Below the pieces are notes generated by a model. The model was not told where the DNA came from. It did no database searches and saw nothing but the letters and a program-made list of their open reading frames with translations. Below, in pieces: positions 44,663-53,718 of a stretch of DNA of 53,718 bases. A program made the translations under genes and the position numbers. Source of the DNA: a virus (taxonomy: Duplodnaviria > Caudoviricetes); IMG/VR virus record IMGVR_UViG_3300030380_002559, positions 1 to 53,718 of that record. One strand, given 5' to 3'. How positions within the stretch are numbered: position 1 is the stretch's first letter; each line of letters starts with the position of its first letter.

Positions 44663-45715
44663 CTACGCCATCGCTTTTGCGTTTTTATCTGCTCTTTTTT
44701 CAAACGCTTTCATGATACCCATCATAACTTTCGCGCCCTCATCGGGATTGTTATTACCCGACGGGTCTGCCCCGGCAACAGATTTACCAGTTTGTATAAA
44801 TTCAGTATTCGACGCTAAAATCGGAATTTTATCGTCTCGTGGGCCGCCCGGTCCTTGAAGATAACCGCCGTAAGCTGCACGGGCAAACATAGGACGAATG
44901 GTAGCAGGGTCTACAATTATTTCGTCATAAGTAGGCACACGAGCGTTACGTTCTAAACCAAACAATGAATCTTGCGGCGGTGGAACAAGTTGATCAGGCA
45001 AAGACGGGTTTTCTCCTCTAGCTAAAGCCGCATAATATTTATCTACTACAGAGCGAGTGTCCGGCTCCTCAACTTCTTCTGGTTTTAGAGCAGAAGTTAT
45101 TAAACCTCCCGCTGCAGGAGCAAGTGCAAGGGCTGCCGCTGTACCAAGGCCCATGTTTCCAAGACTCGCGGGTAGCGCACTAGCAATACCTTCTGGTAGA
45201 ACACTTCCTAAAGTTGACCCGGCAGCAGACGGTCCCGCAGCACCCAAAGCTGTCGCGCCGACAGCCTTGTCGCCCATAGGTCCAAGAAACTTAGATCCTG
45301 CAAAACTTAACCCTGCGTTAATAAGCGCCTGTTCTGGCGAAGCGCCTCCAGCTAGAGAACCTAGGCCGCCACCGATAGCGGCTCCAAAAGGACCACCTAT
45401 GGCACCACCGACAACAGAACCAATAATAGGTGCCGCCTTTTTTAAGAGCTTTCCAATATTTTTAAAGAAAAATTCTGGCTGACCCGTTTCTGGATTTATA
45501 GAATTTAATTTATTACCAACAACATACCGATTGGGGTCGTCTATCCCCATAGCTCTCATTTGGTTGAAAAGACTTGATTTTAAATTAGGATTTGCTTCTA
45601 ATACTTCAGCGGGTATGACCGTCTCGCCTTCTGCGGCATGGACTATATAATTGTCTTCGTACCGGCCTAAAGACGCTAAACCCTGTGCAACTTGTTGGTA
45701 TGGAGCTGTCATCAT
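44663..45715 (-). CDS. Ejection protein with glycine zipper
   Basis: HAAEGE, SINPETGQPEFFF, GxxxG zipper, GPGGPRDDKIP. Confidence 0.6.
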   Translation of the reverse strand: MMTAPYQQVAQGLASLGRYEDNYIVHAAEGETVIPAEVLEANPNLKSSLFNQMRAMGIDDPNRYVVGNKLNSINPETGQPEFFFKNIGKLLKKAAPIIGSVVGGAIGGPFGAAIGGGLGSLAGGASPEQALINAGLSFAGSKFLGPMGDKAVGATALGAAGPSAAGSTLGSVLPEGIASALPASLGNMGLGTAAALALAPAAGGLITSALKPEEVEEPDTRSVVDKYYAALARGENPSLPDQLVPPPQDSLFGLERNARVPTYDEIIVDPATIRPMFARAAYGGYLQGPGGPRDDKIPILASNTEFIQTGKSVAGADPSGNNNPDEGAKVMMGIMKAFEKRADKNAKAMA

Positions 45716-45762
45716 AGATACCTCAACGCAAAGATACTCTTTCTGTTAGTTTTTCGCAAACT

Positions 45763-46011
45763 TTATTCTTTTATCTTGATTGTACCATTATCGTTAAATA
45801 ATGCTCCAACTTCTAAATCTGTCGAACTTGTTGGTAACTCTGTTAAAGTAATTTTAGTTCCACGCAATATACCGGGATTATCAGTTTGCGAAATAAAAAA
45901 TTCTAAAGTCCGAATTAAATCTGCCATATACATCTGATTATACTCACGAGGCGCTTCCGGCAACCTCGGTGAAGGTGAGCCCGTATCTTTAGTGCTTCTT
46001 TGTTGGGTCAT
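45763..46011 (-). CDS. Hypothetical tail-associated protein
   Basis: PRLPEAPREY...LPTS...GALF; coupled to the upstream gene. Confidence 0.55.
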   Translation of the reverse strand: MTQQRSTKDTGSPSPRLPEAPREYNQMYMADLIRTLEFFISQTDNPGILRGTKITLTELPTSSTDLEVGALFNDNGTIKIKE

Positions 46012-48206
46012 TAACGTCTACCATCTGCTCTTTGATCAATGCGAGGACTACCTAGTTTCCACTTAGTGCCAAGCGCAGTAGATTCTACTTTTAATGCAAA
46101 AGAGCGTCCTCGGGACCGGAGATGAAGTTGGTTTGTAAAAGTCTCGACGGGAGAACTAGCCGTTCGTTCTGTCGTACCTGAGGCTGTGTTATTAAAATCT
46201 TCTCCTGGAAAATTTCTAGCTTTTATAGTGAACGTTGCTTGAGGTGAACTAAGGTTTGTAGAACCTGAAAAAGTTAGATCAGGAATAACGCGGCGTATGT
46301 AAATAAACGAGTCACCGTCGCTAAGGTCCATAGAAGCGGATTCTATGAAAGAATTCATAGCCGAACCATCGTCATCATAACCTATTTCATGGTTGTAGAT
46401 ATACGAAGACCCAGCTGCAACAGGAAGGTTTCTCACACCGCGATCTAACCAAGCTGTTCTTGTTAACGAACCAAAATACCAAACTTTTTCACCATAGTTA
46501 TAAACAACATAACGGTCATTATCAGAGGAAGAAGCGGATGGGTAAAACCAAATTACTTCAGAAAATTCTGAATTCACACCCGCAATAACCTTATCCGCTT
46601 GTTCAGAATTAAAGTCTAAAAATACTTTATCTTTTACGGTACAGGGCAGTGTTTGTGTCTGTCCAGCGTAAATGTAAAAAGTATCTATCCCCATCCAAAA
46701 TACAAAGTCTTCTGTAGCGACAGCTGCATGAGGACTCATAATTGTAATATTAGAAGCTAGTTGTTGTAATCCAAAAGTAAAAGGTGGACCGATAAACCGT
46801 AATGAACTAAGAGCTGTATCCGTCCAAACCAAAATTTCACGTTTAGTTTCGACAGCTTGCATAAAGGTCGATCCCGAACCTAACCTCAAATCTCCAGCTG
46901 TATTTGTAGTCGTAGGGTACCAAAGAATGGGGCTTTCTTGCTGCGAAAATCTTATTAATAACGGGTCTTGAACTCCGTCACCTTGAGTAGCAGAAGAATT
47001 ACTATTTATAGCATCGCACCCAAAAGCGATAACGTGTCGATCTTGATCAGAAACTAATATTTGTTTTGCTATTGTTGGCACACTGCGAGAAGCGCCTCCC
47101 CCATGGGAGCTTAATTCTACAGCGTGGGAACCTAATGTGGTTGTTTTATCCCAATAAAAAACCCCGCCATCTCTCGCATTTATTAACAGATCTTCACCAA
47201 AGTTGTCATGTGACCACAGACGAATCTGTGTGGTAGTTGTCAGACCGCCGGATGCCGCAATGCCCCAACCAAAGTAATCGTTAGCCGCGCTGGCATTGCC
47301 TGTAATCAAAGTAACGGTTGCACCGTTTGCGTGAGTAGTTGCATCCGTAGCTGCATTTCCTCCGCCGTGACCTGCTGTGTTTACATTACTGTCCGCTCCT
47401 GTGCCCGCATGAGCGCGGATAACTGTTAGATCATTAGTCGCCACATTGGTGACTTTCATAATCTCGCTATCGACAAGAATAAAATCGCCAGCAACAATTC
47501 CGTGGCCGCCACTTACTGTTAAAGTTGTGTCGGAATTTGAAAAAGTTCCACCCTCGTTGATGGCGGCCTCTGAAGCTCCCGCTGCCACACCACCATACAA
47601 GCCTGCGCCCCAACCGGTGCCGCCAACCGTCGCGTCTAGGCCGACGTTGATTTGATACTCGGCAGTAACACTTGAACTACCACCACTAGCCACCGTAGAT
47701 GTAGCAGCATTAGATACCGTAATCTCATAATTATTCGCGTCGATTACGCGAGTGATGCTGTGTTCCGCGTTTAGTGTGTCGGCTGCAACGCCGCCCACTG
47801 CGGTTGCGTTAGCAAACGTAACGAAGTCGTTTTCAACAGCGCCATGTCCGGTGTCTTTAACACCTACAGTTGTTGAGTTGTTAGTAGTGGAAAAAGGGTT
47901 AGCGTCGATGGTAGCAGCAGCTGCGCGAATCGGCGTGATGTCATTAAAACCACCACCTTCTTCGATGTAGTATTTCAAATGTGTCCCAACACCTAAATAG
48001 TTAGACCCATCAAGGGCAATCCAGTTATGAAGCGCACGGGCAGAGCCTAGATAAGTGGTGGATGTATATTTTTCCCAACCACCCATCTTTTCTGGGTAGC
48101 CCATCCTAAACCTAATTTTATCGCAATCACGCCAGCCGCCTTCGTTAGAGTACGAGGTGACTTCTTGGTTGATACCGGGTTTAAATTGAAGTTTTGTTAA
48201 GGGCAT
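46011..48206 (-). CDS. Tail nozzle/stabilisation (beta-propeller-type) protein, putative
   Basis: Start MPLTKLQFKPG at 48206; RLWSHDNFGEDL, DPLLIRFS, EVIWFYPS, RTAW. Confidence 0.65.
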   Translation of the reverse strand: MPLTKLQFKPGINQEVTSYSNEGGWRDCDKIRFRMGYPEKMGGWEKYTSTTYLGSARALHNWIALDGSNYLGVGTHLKYYIEEGGGFNDITPIRAAAATIDANPFSTTNNSTTVGVKDTGHGAVENDFVTFANATAVGGVAADTLNAEHSITRVIDANNYEITVSNAATSTVASGGSSSVTAEYQINVGLDATVGGTGWGAGLYGGVAAGASEAAINEGGTFSNSDTTLTVSGGHGIVAGDFILVDSEIMKVTNVATNDLTVIRAHAGTGADSNVNTAGHGGGNAATDATTHANGATVTLITGNASAANDYFGWGIAASGGLTTTTQIRLWSHDNFGEDLLINARDGGVFYWDKTTTLGSHAVELSSHGGGASRSVPTIAKQILVSDQDRHVIAFGCDAINSNSSATQGDGVQDPLLIRFSQQESPILWYPTTTNTAGDLRLGSGSTFMQAVETKREILVWTDTALSSLRFIGPPFTFGLQQLASNITIMSPHAAVATEDFVFWMGIDTFYIYAGQTQTLPCTVKDKVFLDFNSEQADKVIAGVNSEFSEVIWFYPSASSSDNDRYVVYNYGEKVWYFGSLTRTAWLDRGVRNLPVAAGSSYIYNHEIGYDDDGSAMNSFIESASMDLSDGDSFIYIRRVIPDLTFSGSTNLSSPQATFTIKARNFPGEDFNNTASGTTERTASSPVETFTNQLHLRSRGRSFALKVESTALGTKWKLGSPRIDQRADGRR

Positions 48207-48210
48207 TATG

Positions 48211-49587
48211 TTAACCCACCGGTGTAGTAACTGTGTTGAATACATCCATATTAACAGGATTACCTGAACTTATAGTAGCTGGTATGCCAACATTGCAATC
48301 ACCACTACCCGTGTCGAAGTGAACCTGCCAGTCCTCATTATTGGTGGACCCACCTGTTTGCACTGTTGAAGTGACACCTGCTGCGATAGTTCTTGCTCCC
48401 CCTGTTGAATTAGATCCTAGTGTAAGGCTAGAAGAGCCGTTGTTCTTAAACGTAATACTCCTAGACGGCGTAGTATAATTAATTGTAACAGCATTGCTTT
48501 GGTCGCCGCCAGACGCCGTAAATACGTCACCAGAGTTAATTGTTCCGGTGTATGTTACGGATGCTGCTCGACTAGCGCCATCATTGTAAGTCGCGACTAC
48601 AGTGCCGTTTCTTTTAAGCACTACCGTAGGAGGATCATCGTTATTTGGGTCTGTGACAGTACCAATAACACTAACGAAAGAAATACCAGATGAGGATGGT
48701 GCGGTAGCAGAAGCTGTCGTTTGACCCCCGACCGAAGCAGTTTCTGTCCCCGCGTCAGCCTGACTTGTAACAGTTACTGCTATATCGCCAGCCGTTCCGC
48801 TGCCGCTGCCTGTCACATTATCGTAAGCGATTGTCCATTGGTTAGAAGTGCTGTTGTCTTTAACTAGACGGCTGTCTCCCGCAGCGTATACCTGAGAATT
48901 TGACCCAATTCTCGTGGAGTTAGATGTTAAAGTATATGTATCACCAGTGCTGTTGTTGTTTGTGAAGGTAATATCATATTCACTGCTGGCGGCTACCCGC
49001 GACGAAGACAGGGTTACAAAAGCACTATAATTCCCAGCGGTAGTTGTCATCGTAATGGTATTGCCAGCGCTAAAACTGCCCTGATATGAAAGGATGCTGG
49101 GGTGGTGACCATTTTGCCACGCCGGACCCTTAAAGTAAAAGAACGAGCCACCATAACTAGTTGAACTGCCACCGTTGACGCTTAATTGAAATCCGTTAAC
49201 AACCTGAATATTCGGCTCATCGCCGCTAAAATCAGTGTATCCGGCACCGCCCAAGGAAATTACACTGTCACCCGCAGCTACAGTGTAAGTGAGAGAAACC
49301 CCTTGATATGCGGTGGAGGTGGCATCTGATTCGCGAGTGGTAAAGCTACCGGGACTGCCGGTGTAAACCGTATAAGCTGTCTGAGCTATAGCAAAATCAT
49401 TTTTTGTGCCGGTTCCGGTAGTCGTGGTCGCAGTAGACGCCCCTGCAAAAGTAGAAGCTACTAAACTGCCACCACGAGTAAATTCAGAAAGAGACACAGG
49501 GTTACTGTCGCCATAAAAATCGCGTAAAGTTGAAAATGAAATTTCGCTACCCGCTCCGCCGCCTAAAAGGGGTGGGTTATTGCTCAT
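48211..49587 (-). CDS. Tail fibre tip/adhesin-like protein
   Basis: N-term ISFSTLRDFYGDSNPVSLSEF; Ser/Thr/Gly-rich beta domains. Confidence 0.55.
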   Translation of the reverse strand: MSNNPPLLGGGAGSEISFSTLRDFYGDSNPVSLSEFTRGGSLVASTFAGASTATTTTGTGTKNDFAIAQTAYTVYTGSPGSFTTRESDATSTAYQGVSLTYTVAAGDSVISLGGAGYTDFSGDEPNIQVVNGFQLSVNGGSSTSYGGSFFYFKGPAWQNGHHPSILSYQGSFSAGNTITMTTTAGNYSAFVTLSSSRVAASSEYDITFTNNNSTGDTYTLTSNSTRIGSNSQVYAAGDSRLVKDNSTSNQWTIAYDNVTGSGSGTAGDIAVTVTSQADAGTETASVGGQTTASATAPSSSGISFVSVIGTVTDPNNDDPPTVVLKRNGTVVATYNDGASRAASVTYTGTINSGDVFTASGGDQSNAVTINYTTPSRSITFKNNGSSSLTLGSNSTGGARTIAAGVTSTVQTGGSTNNEDWQVHFDTGSGDCNVGIPATISSGNPVNMDVFNTVTTPVG

Positions 49588-50433
49588 TTACGCCACCGTA
49601 CCAAACGCTGTTATATCATCTTTAGCAATTACCACCCCGGTATCTTGTATGGCTAAAACCGCAGTGCCGTTGTATTTAAAAATCAAGTGATCATTAGAAT
49701 CTACTTCGATTGTCCAGTTGTTCGTAGTACCGTTAACTTGCAGATCAGAGGCAAGCTCTAACTTACCCGTCCCTTTTGCGGCCAGCTTTAGGTTGACGTT
49801 GGAATCACCCCCAGTAGCCGATATTTGCGGAGCGTTGCCTGTCGCGGCATTAGTAACGTCAATCTGATTTACGGCAGATGATGTGGTTTGGAAAATGATC
49901 TGCTCATTTCCATTCTCATCGCCAATGAAATGTGCATCGTCGAAAAGGACATTATTACTATTCGTGTCTAAATTACCGCCAAGCTGCGGAGCCGAATCAT
50001 TTACCAGAGCGCCAGTTAGACTTTTGAACTTCCCCGATCCTTCGCCGCCGTCACCTGTTACAGCTTGTGTAGAGCCTGCTGCAATCTCAACGCCAGTTGA
50101 GGCCGAGTAAGTCACGCCTTTGTAAATAACATGACACGCTGCGTCAGTTTCGTTTCTAATGGTATAAAACTTTTCTTGATCAGTTGGCGTTACACGCAAC
50201 TCAAAAGTTGAACCGGGGGTGCCGGTTAATATAATGACGGTATTTGCGCCATCGCTTGTTGCTCCGTCGGCAGTTTCCAAATCTCGACTGCCAGTAATAG
50301 CAAGGGATACCTGCCCGTGCAGAGCTTGATCGATAATATCAAAGTTGGTATTGGTGGTCGTACCCCAAGTACCCGCCTGTTCACCGGAACCGGGTTTTTC
50401 TATGCCGGTGTTTGTTGTATATGTAGAAGCCAT
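49588..50433 (-). CDS. Tail fibre protein
   Basis: GEQAGTWGTTTNTNFDIID, DSAPQLGGNLD, ends DITAFG. Confidence 0.65.
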   Translation of the reverse strand: MASTYTTNTGIEKPGSGEQAGTWGTTTNTNFDIIDQALHGQVSLAITGSRDLETADGATSDGANTVIILTGTPGSTFELRVTPTDQEKFYTIRNETDAACHVIYKGVTYSASTGVEIAAGSTQAVTGDGGEGSGKFKSLTGALVNDSAPQLGGNLDTNSNNVLFDDAHFIGDENGNEQIIFQTTSSAVNQIDVTNAATGNAPQISATGGDSNVNLKLAAKGTGKLELASDLQVNGTTNNWTIEVDSNDHLIFKYNGTAVLAIQDTGVVIAKDDITAFGTVA

Positions 50434-51516
50434 TTAGTTTACCACTTCTGTCCAAGTTTCTGCGTCAGTGCTCGCATCCACATCTGCCCAAGTGTCGCCA
50501 CTATGCGTAATGCTTGTCCAAGACTCAGTTGTACCCGATGCACTGACATCTGTCCAAGTATCACCAGTATGCGTGATATTTGACCACGTTTCTACATCCT
50601 GACCTGCATCAACAGGAACAAACTTTAGTTCCCCTAATGCAGATTGTACCACTAAGAATACAATATCTAAAGTCCCTGCAATAATTAACCCGCCAAGAGC
50701 GCTTTGTGTGAAACCAAACTCTTGTTCAGACAAGGCAACCTGTATACGAGTGCCGATGCCAGTTTGCTCAAATAAGGCTGACAGTTCAGCGGCCTCGCTG
50801 CGAATACGAGCGCCTGCCGCTGCCTGCGTTGCGTTGAAAACTTGTGTAGATATTCCGGATCTGATTGCAACCGGCACTGCTGTCTGCGTGAAGATTGAGG
50901 ACACCGTAGAGATGCCAACAAGAACACCGACGCCAACAGATAGCGCAGATGACGTGCCTTCCATCGAAGATGTAGCTGGTTGAATGCGCGTGGGTACACT
51001 GGTCTGTTCAAACAACGCAGACAAAGAAGCTGAATCAACAAAAATTCCAACCGCATTTGTGGTTTGATCAAACGTCGAAGACAAGTTCGCTACCGACGAC
51101 CCCAGTAGAAGAGCATCCGTCGTCTTTACAAAATTAGCGGATTGACTAGAAATCCCAGAGAGGACGTTTATAGCATTTGCCGTTTGTGTGAAGTTTGCGC
51201 TCTGGGAAGTTGTTGCAGAAAGCAAACGCACTGCCGCAGATGTTTTAGTGAAATTTGCTTGCTGTGTGGAAGTGCCCACAAATATGCCTGCACCGGCGGC
51301 GGACTCTGTGAACGCGGAGCTTACAGTGGTATTTCCAACCAGAATGCCAACGCCAACATTAATGGCACTGGAGGTGCCGACCATCTGTGCAGATGCCGAC
51401 CCCAATACAATGCTGTCGCTAGTTTGTATAAAATTAGAAGAAAGCGTTGAGGCTCCGCCAGCAACCGCCCCCGCGTGTGCAAAAGATTCTTCCGCAAACG
51501 CGTTAACGGCAAACAT
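50434..51516 (-). CDS. Virion fibre-like protein with 20-aa tandem repeats
   Basis: At least 12 consecutive 20-residue units, most starting Fx(Q/K/E)(T/S); C-terminal Trp-spaced repeats. Confidence 0.65.
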   Translation of the reverse strand: MFAVNAFAEESFAHAGAVAGGASTLSSNFIQTSDSIVLGSASAQMVGTSSAINVGVGILVGNTTVSSAFTESAAGAGIFVGTSTQQANFTKTSAAVRLLSATTSQSANFTQTANAINVLSGISSQSANFVKTTDALLLGSSVANLSSTFDQTTNAVGIFVDSASLSALFEQTSVPTRIQPATSSMEGTSSALSVGVGVLVGISTVSSIFTQTAVPVAIRSGISTQVFNATQAAAGARIRSEAAELSALFEQTGIGTRIQVALSEQEFGFTQSALGGLIIAGTLDIVFLVVQSALGELKFVPVDAGQDVETWSNITHTGDTWTDVSASGTTESWTSITHSGDTWADVDASTDAETWTEVVN

Positions 51517-51704
51517 CAGTCAGCGTCCTGAATTGTCAACTCACCGGCTGCGATCTGTCGTTGTATTTCTGCGCTTTCTTTATTGTCAGCATCATTAATA
51601 GGCACATACATCTCCACACCGTCAATGGTAGCTTTGATGCTGGAGTTAGTGCCATCAATAGGATGTGCAACATATTGTGCGCTTGTAATGTTCATCTCAC
51701 TCAT
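51516..51704 (-). CDS. Small tail-fibre accessory protein
   Basis: MNITSAQY...VP...G.LTIQDAD, typical downstream of fibre genes. Confidence 0.6.
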   Translation of the reverse strand: MSEMNITSAQYVAHPIDGTNSSIKATIDGVEMYVPINDADNKESAEIQRQIAAGELTIQDAD

Positions 51705-51706
51705 GT

Positions 51707-52762
51707 CTATAACTCCGCAGTAATATCAAGCACCCCGGAATGTAAATAATAAATGGTGCCCGCAGAAGCACTGGTTTGGCTGCTCATTATGTAAAAGTTA
51801 TTTACGTTTTGATCGCCAAATTCAGGTGTTCCGCTGTAATATTGTCCACTTGTAAAAGATGTACTTATTGAAACAGATGGGGCGGCTCTCATAGTTACAG
51901 GCATGTTGTATTGAGTAAGGGGCCGCCCAGCATCTGAATTCCACCTTACAACAGGGTAAAAACTAAAAGCGCCAGTCCGAAAAAAATATCGTTTGCACTT
52001 CTGCAACTCATCTCCAAACGACCGATGCTCAAACGGCGTGGCCTGTTCGCCAAGTTCCCACTGCACTCCTGTTATTTCCCAAGTAGCATTTGTAGTGGTA
52101 GCCACTGCATTTGTGCCATGTCCATAGGCCAGCTTGCCCGTCTCATACCCACCCCAGCTAGTGTTGTTTACTGATGTAAAGTTGGAGCCAGCCGCCAAAA
52201 ACCAATCAATCATAATTGCATTGGTGTTGTCATCTACGATTGCCGCGAGAGTGTTCCCAGCAAAGGTGATTGTTTTGCGTTCCCAAGTATCAGCAGAGTT
52301 GATTGTGTAGGTTGACCCAATGATGTCATTACCGTCAGTCTGGTAGATCGCCACTGCAAAAGTGCCGGTTACCGACGACTTCACATAGAAACTAAGTGTT
52401 GTCGAAAGTGCGTTTGATGTGCCGTATTTTAGCTGTTGAAAATCTTGGCCTTCATAACGATTGATGATGTAGTAACTTTCATCGGCGGCTATTGCGCTTT
52501 CAGCGGTGGTAGTTTGGACCTTCAAAGAATTAGCAAAACCGGCTAGGTCGGTAACAGAATTTTGCGTCATAGTTACGCGCAACTCATCCTCATTGCCGAA
52601 AATTAAACTGTACCTGTCAACTGTGTAATAACCAGAGTCATGAAGGCCAGTGCTCGACGTACCCCGCTGCGCCACCTTCATCGCACCGTTGATAATCAGG
52701 TTCCTGTTCGACAACGCCGTCTGCGAACCAATCAGTGCGGCGAGTTCTGCGGCCTTACTCAT
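51707..52762 (-). CDS. Tail fibre/receptor-binding-associated protein
   Basis: NRNLIINGAMKVAQRG...YTVDR...TGVQWELG..ATPFEHR...ELQKCKRYF...MRAAPS. Confidence 0.7.
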   Translation of the reverse strand: MSKAAELAALIGSQTALSNRNLIINGAMKVAQRGTSSTGLHDSGYYTVDRYSLIFGNEDELRVTMTQNSVTDLAGFANSLKVQTTTAESAIAADESYYIINRYEGQDFQQLKYGTSNALSTTLSFYVKSSVTGTFAVAIYQTDGNDIIGSTYTINSADTWERKTITFAGNTLAAIVDDNTNAIMIDWFLAAGSNFTSVNNTSWGGYETGKLAYGHGTNAVATTTNATWEITGVQWELGEQATPFEHRSFGDELQKCKRYFFRTGAFSFYPVVRWNSDAGRPLTQYNMPVTMRAAPSVSISTSFTSGQYYSGTPEFGDQNVNNFYIMSSQTSASAGTIYYLHSGVLDITAEL

Positions 52763-53163
52763 GCGAGGTCTCCGTTTAAGGATGAGTATATAAATTCAAC
52801 GTCCGCGATTGTACTGGTGGTGTAATATATCTGCTGATGAAAAGAAGATGTTGTATTAGAAGTATTATAACTGTTTGCATTAAAACCTGTGGAATGCCAA
52901 CAACCGGACGGAGTGCCAGAACCACCCGCGCTTCCTGTAACAGCGTAATTCGCATCTGCGGTTGCGGATGTTAAGTTGGTTTGATATGCGCCAACCCCTT
53001 CATCTGCAATAGATGCAACATTAAACGACCCTCTTGTTGCAATAGTTCCAGTGCCATTGAAATTTATCCAAGCCTTTGCGGTGCCGTTGGACACCACAGA
53101 TGTAGCCACACTGTTGTTCCCGCTGGCATCTTTTAGAGTATTTACTCGCAGTTCACTAGCCAT
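52759..53163 (-). CDS. Small tail fibre subunit (paralog of next gene)
   Basis: Start MASELRVNTL at 53163; AKAWINFNGTGT...SFNV...GDLA. Confidence 0.65.
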   Translation of the reverse strand: MASELRVNTLKDASGNNSVATSVVSNGTAKAWINFNGTGTIATRGSFNVASIADEGVGAYQTNLTSATADANYAVTGSAGGSGTPSGCWHSTGFNANSYNTSNTTSSFHQQIYYTTSTIADVEFIYSSLNGDLA

Positions 53164-53540
53164 TATGTGAGATCCCCCATTGTGTGGAAACATAATTCAG
53201 GAAAATCATCTGCTGACACACCGTCACGAAATCCACGAATATTCTGACCGCCAGTGGATTTTGCGCGAAGTCCACAACTACGGTTGCCGCCAGCATTATC
53301 ACGTTCACCAGCGGCTCCTGTGCTTGCAAAACCTGCGTTATTCATGCTGTTAGTAAACGTCAAATTATACAAACCCGTGCCAGCATCCGTTAAGCCACTG
53401 ATGTTGAAGCTATCTGAAATGGCAACTGTACCTGTTCCATTAAACTCAACCCACGCCTTTGCTGCTTGTTGTTTTGTCAGTTCAACCGGTCCCGTACCCG
53501 CCTTGTCAGCAATCGTGTTTACATTCAATACGCTGGTCAT
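53163..53540 (-). CDS. Small tail fibre subunit
   Basis: Start MTSVLNVNTI at 53540; AKAWVEFNGTGT...SFNI...GDLT. Confidence 0.65.
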   Translation of the reverse strand: MTSVLNVNTIADKAGTGPVELTKQQAAKAWVEFNGTGTVAISDSFNISGLTDAGTGLYNLTFTNSMNNAGFASTGAAGERDNAGGNRSCGLRAKSTGGQNIRGFRDGVSADDFPELCFHTMGDLT

Positions 53541-53718
53541 ACGATGCTCCAATATCCGTTAACAATGACGGTAGCACTCTGCGTAATCGGCCCTGCCGAC
53601 ACACCGTTTTCGTCGCTGTCAATCGTAATGTCTGCGTTTATGGTCTGACCATTCAGACGGATGATGGAGTTGTTGCCCTTGAAGGGATAGCGCGTGTCGG
53701 ACTCGGACTTGGTGTAGC
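53537..53718 (-). CDS. Tail fibre protein C-terminus, 5' truncated by window edge
   Basis: ...YTKSESDTRYPFKGNNSIIRLNGQTINADITIDSDENGVSAGPITQSATVIVNGYWSIV*; ATGA overlap with the next gene. Confidence 0.7.
   Translation of the reverse strand, partial: YTKSESDTRYPFKGNNSIIRLNGQTINADITIDSDENGVSAGPITQSATVIVNGYWSIV

Noticed and set aside
1174-53648. Most plus-strand and nested alternative-frame ORFs in the track
   Set aside because: They are antisense or off-frame shadows of well-supported minus-strand genes; only 34955-36624 is credible on the plus strand.
48211-53718. Diversity-generating retroelement acting on tail genes
   Set aside because: No reverse transcriptase, and no TR/VR pair differing at adenines was seen.
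1-53718. tRNA genes, integrase/att site, phage RNA polymerase
   Set aside because: None recognised by eye; GGTTCGA hits lack cloverleaf context. Not verified computationally.

Overview
Near-complete genome of a tailed dsDNA phage of podovirus type. Gene content resembles marine uvMED / HTVC023P-like phages of Alphaproteobacteria, but this is recognition from memory, not a search. Both window ends lie inside tail-fibre genes, so the contig is probably opened within the tail module of a circular or permuted map. Almost all genes are on the minus strand. Order: tail/adaptor genes (1-5.3 kb); a cluster of tiny Lys/Arg-rich proteins; capsid, scaffold, GroES, portal, TerL (7-15.6 kb); an early region with promoter-driven small genes, TerS, a resolvase-like nuclease and DUF932 (16.7-24.7 kb); PolA; a thymidine-modification cassette (Nmad1, dUMP-hydroxymethylase-like TS, aGPT-Pplase1/HMUDK-helical protein, SAM methyltransferase); SF1 helicase, primase, SSB; a divergent SNF2 helicase plus HTH; lysis; ejection proteins; tail. 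Most notable unexplained signals: (1) a ~360-nt densely paired intergenic RNA candidate with pseudoknots (21.89-22.25 kb); (2) the methyltransferase-containing thymidine hypermodification operon; (3) early-gene RBSs displayed in hairpin loops, together with phage hairpins whose loops are antisense to those RBSs; (4) two inverted copies of an iteron-like ~110-bp element bracketing the early/replication block; (5) a three-member winged-helix-like paralog family, two copies with TGAC arrays. All family assignments are by motif recognition by eye.
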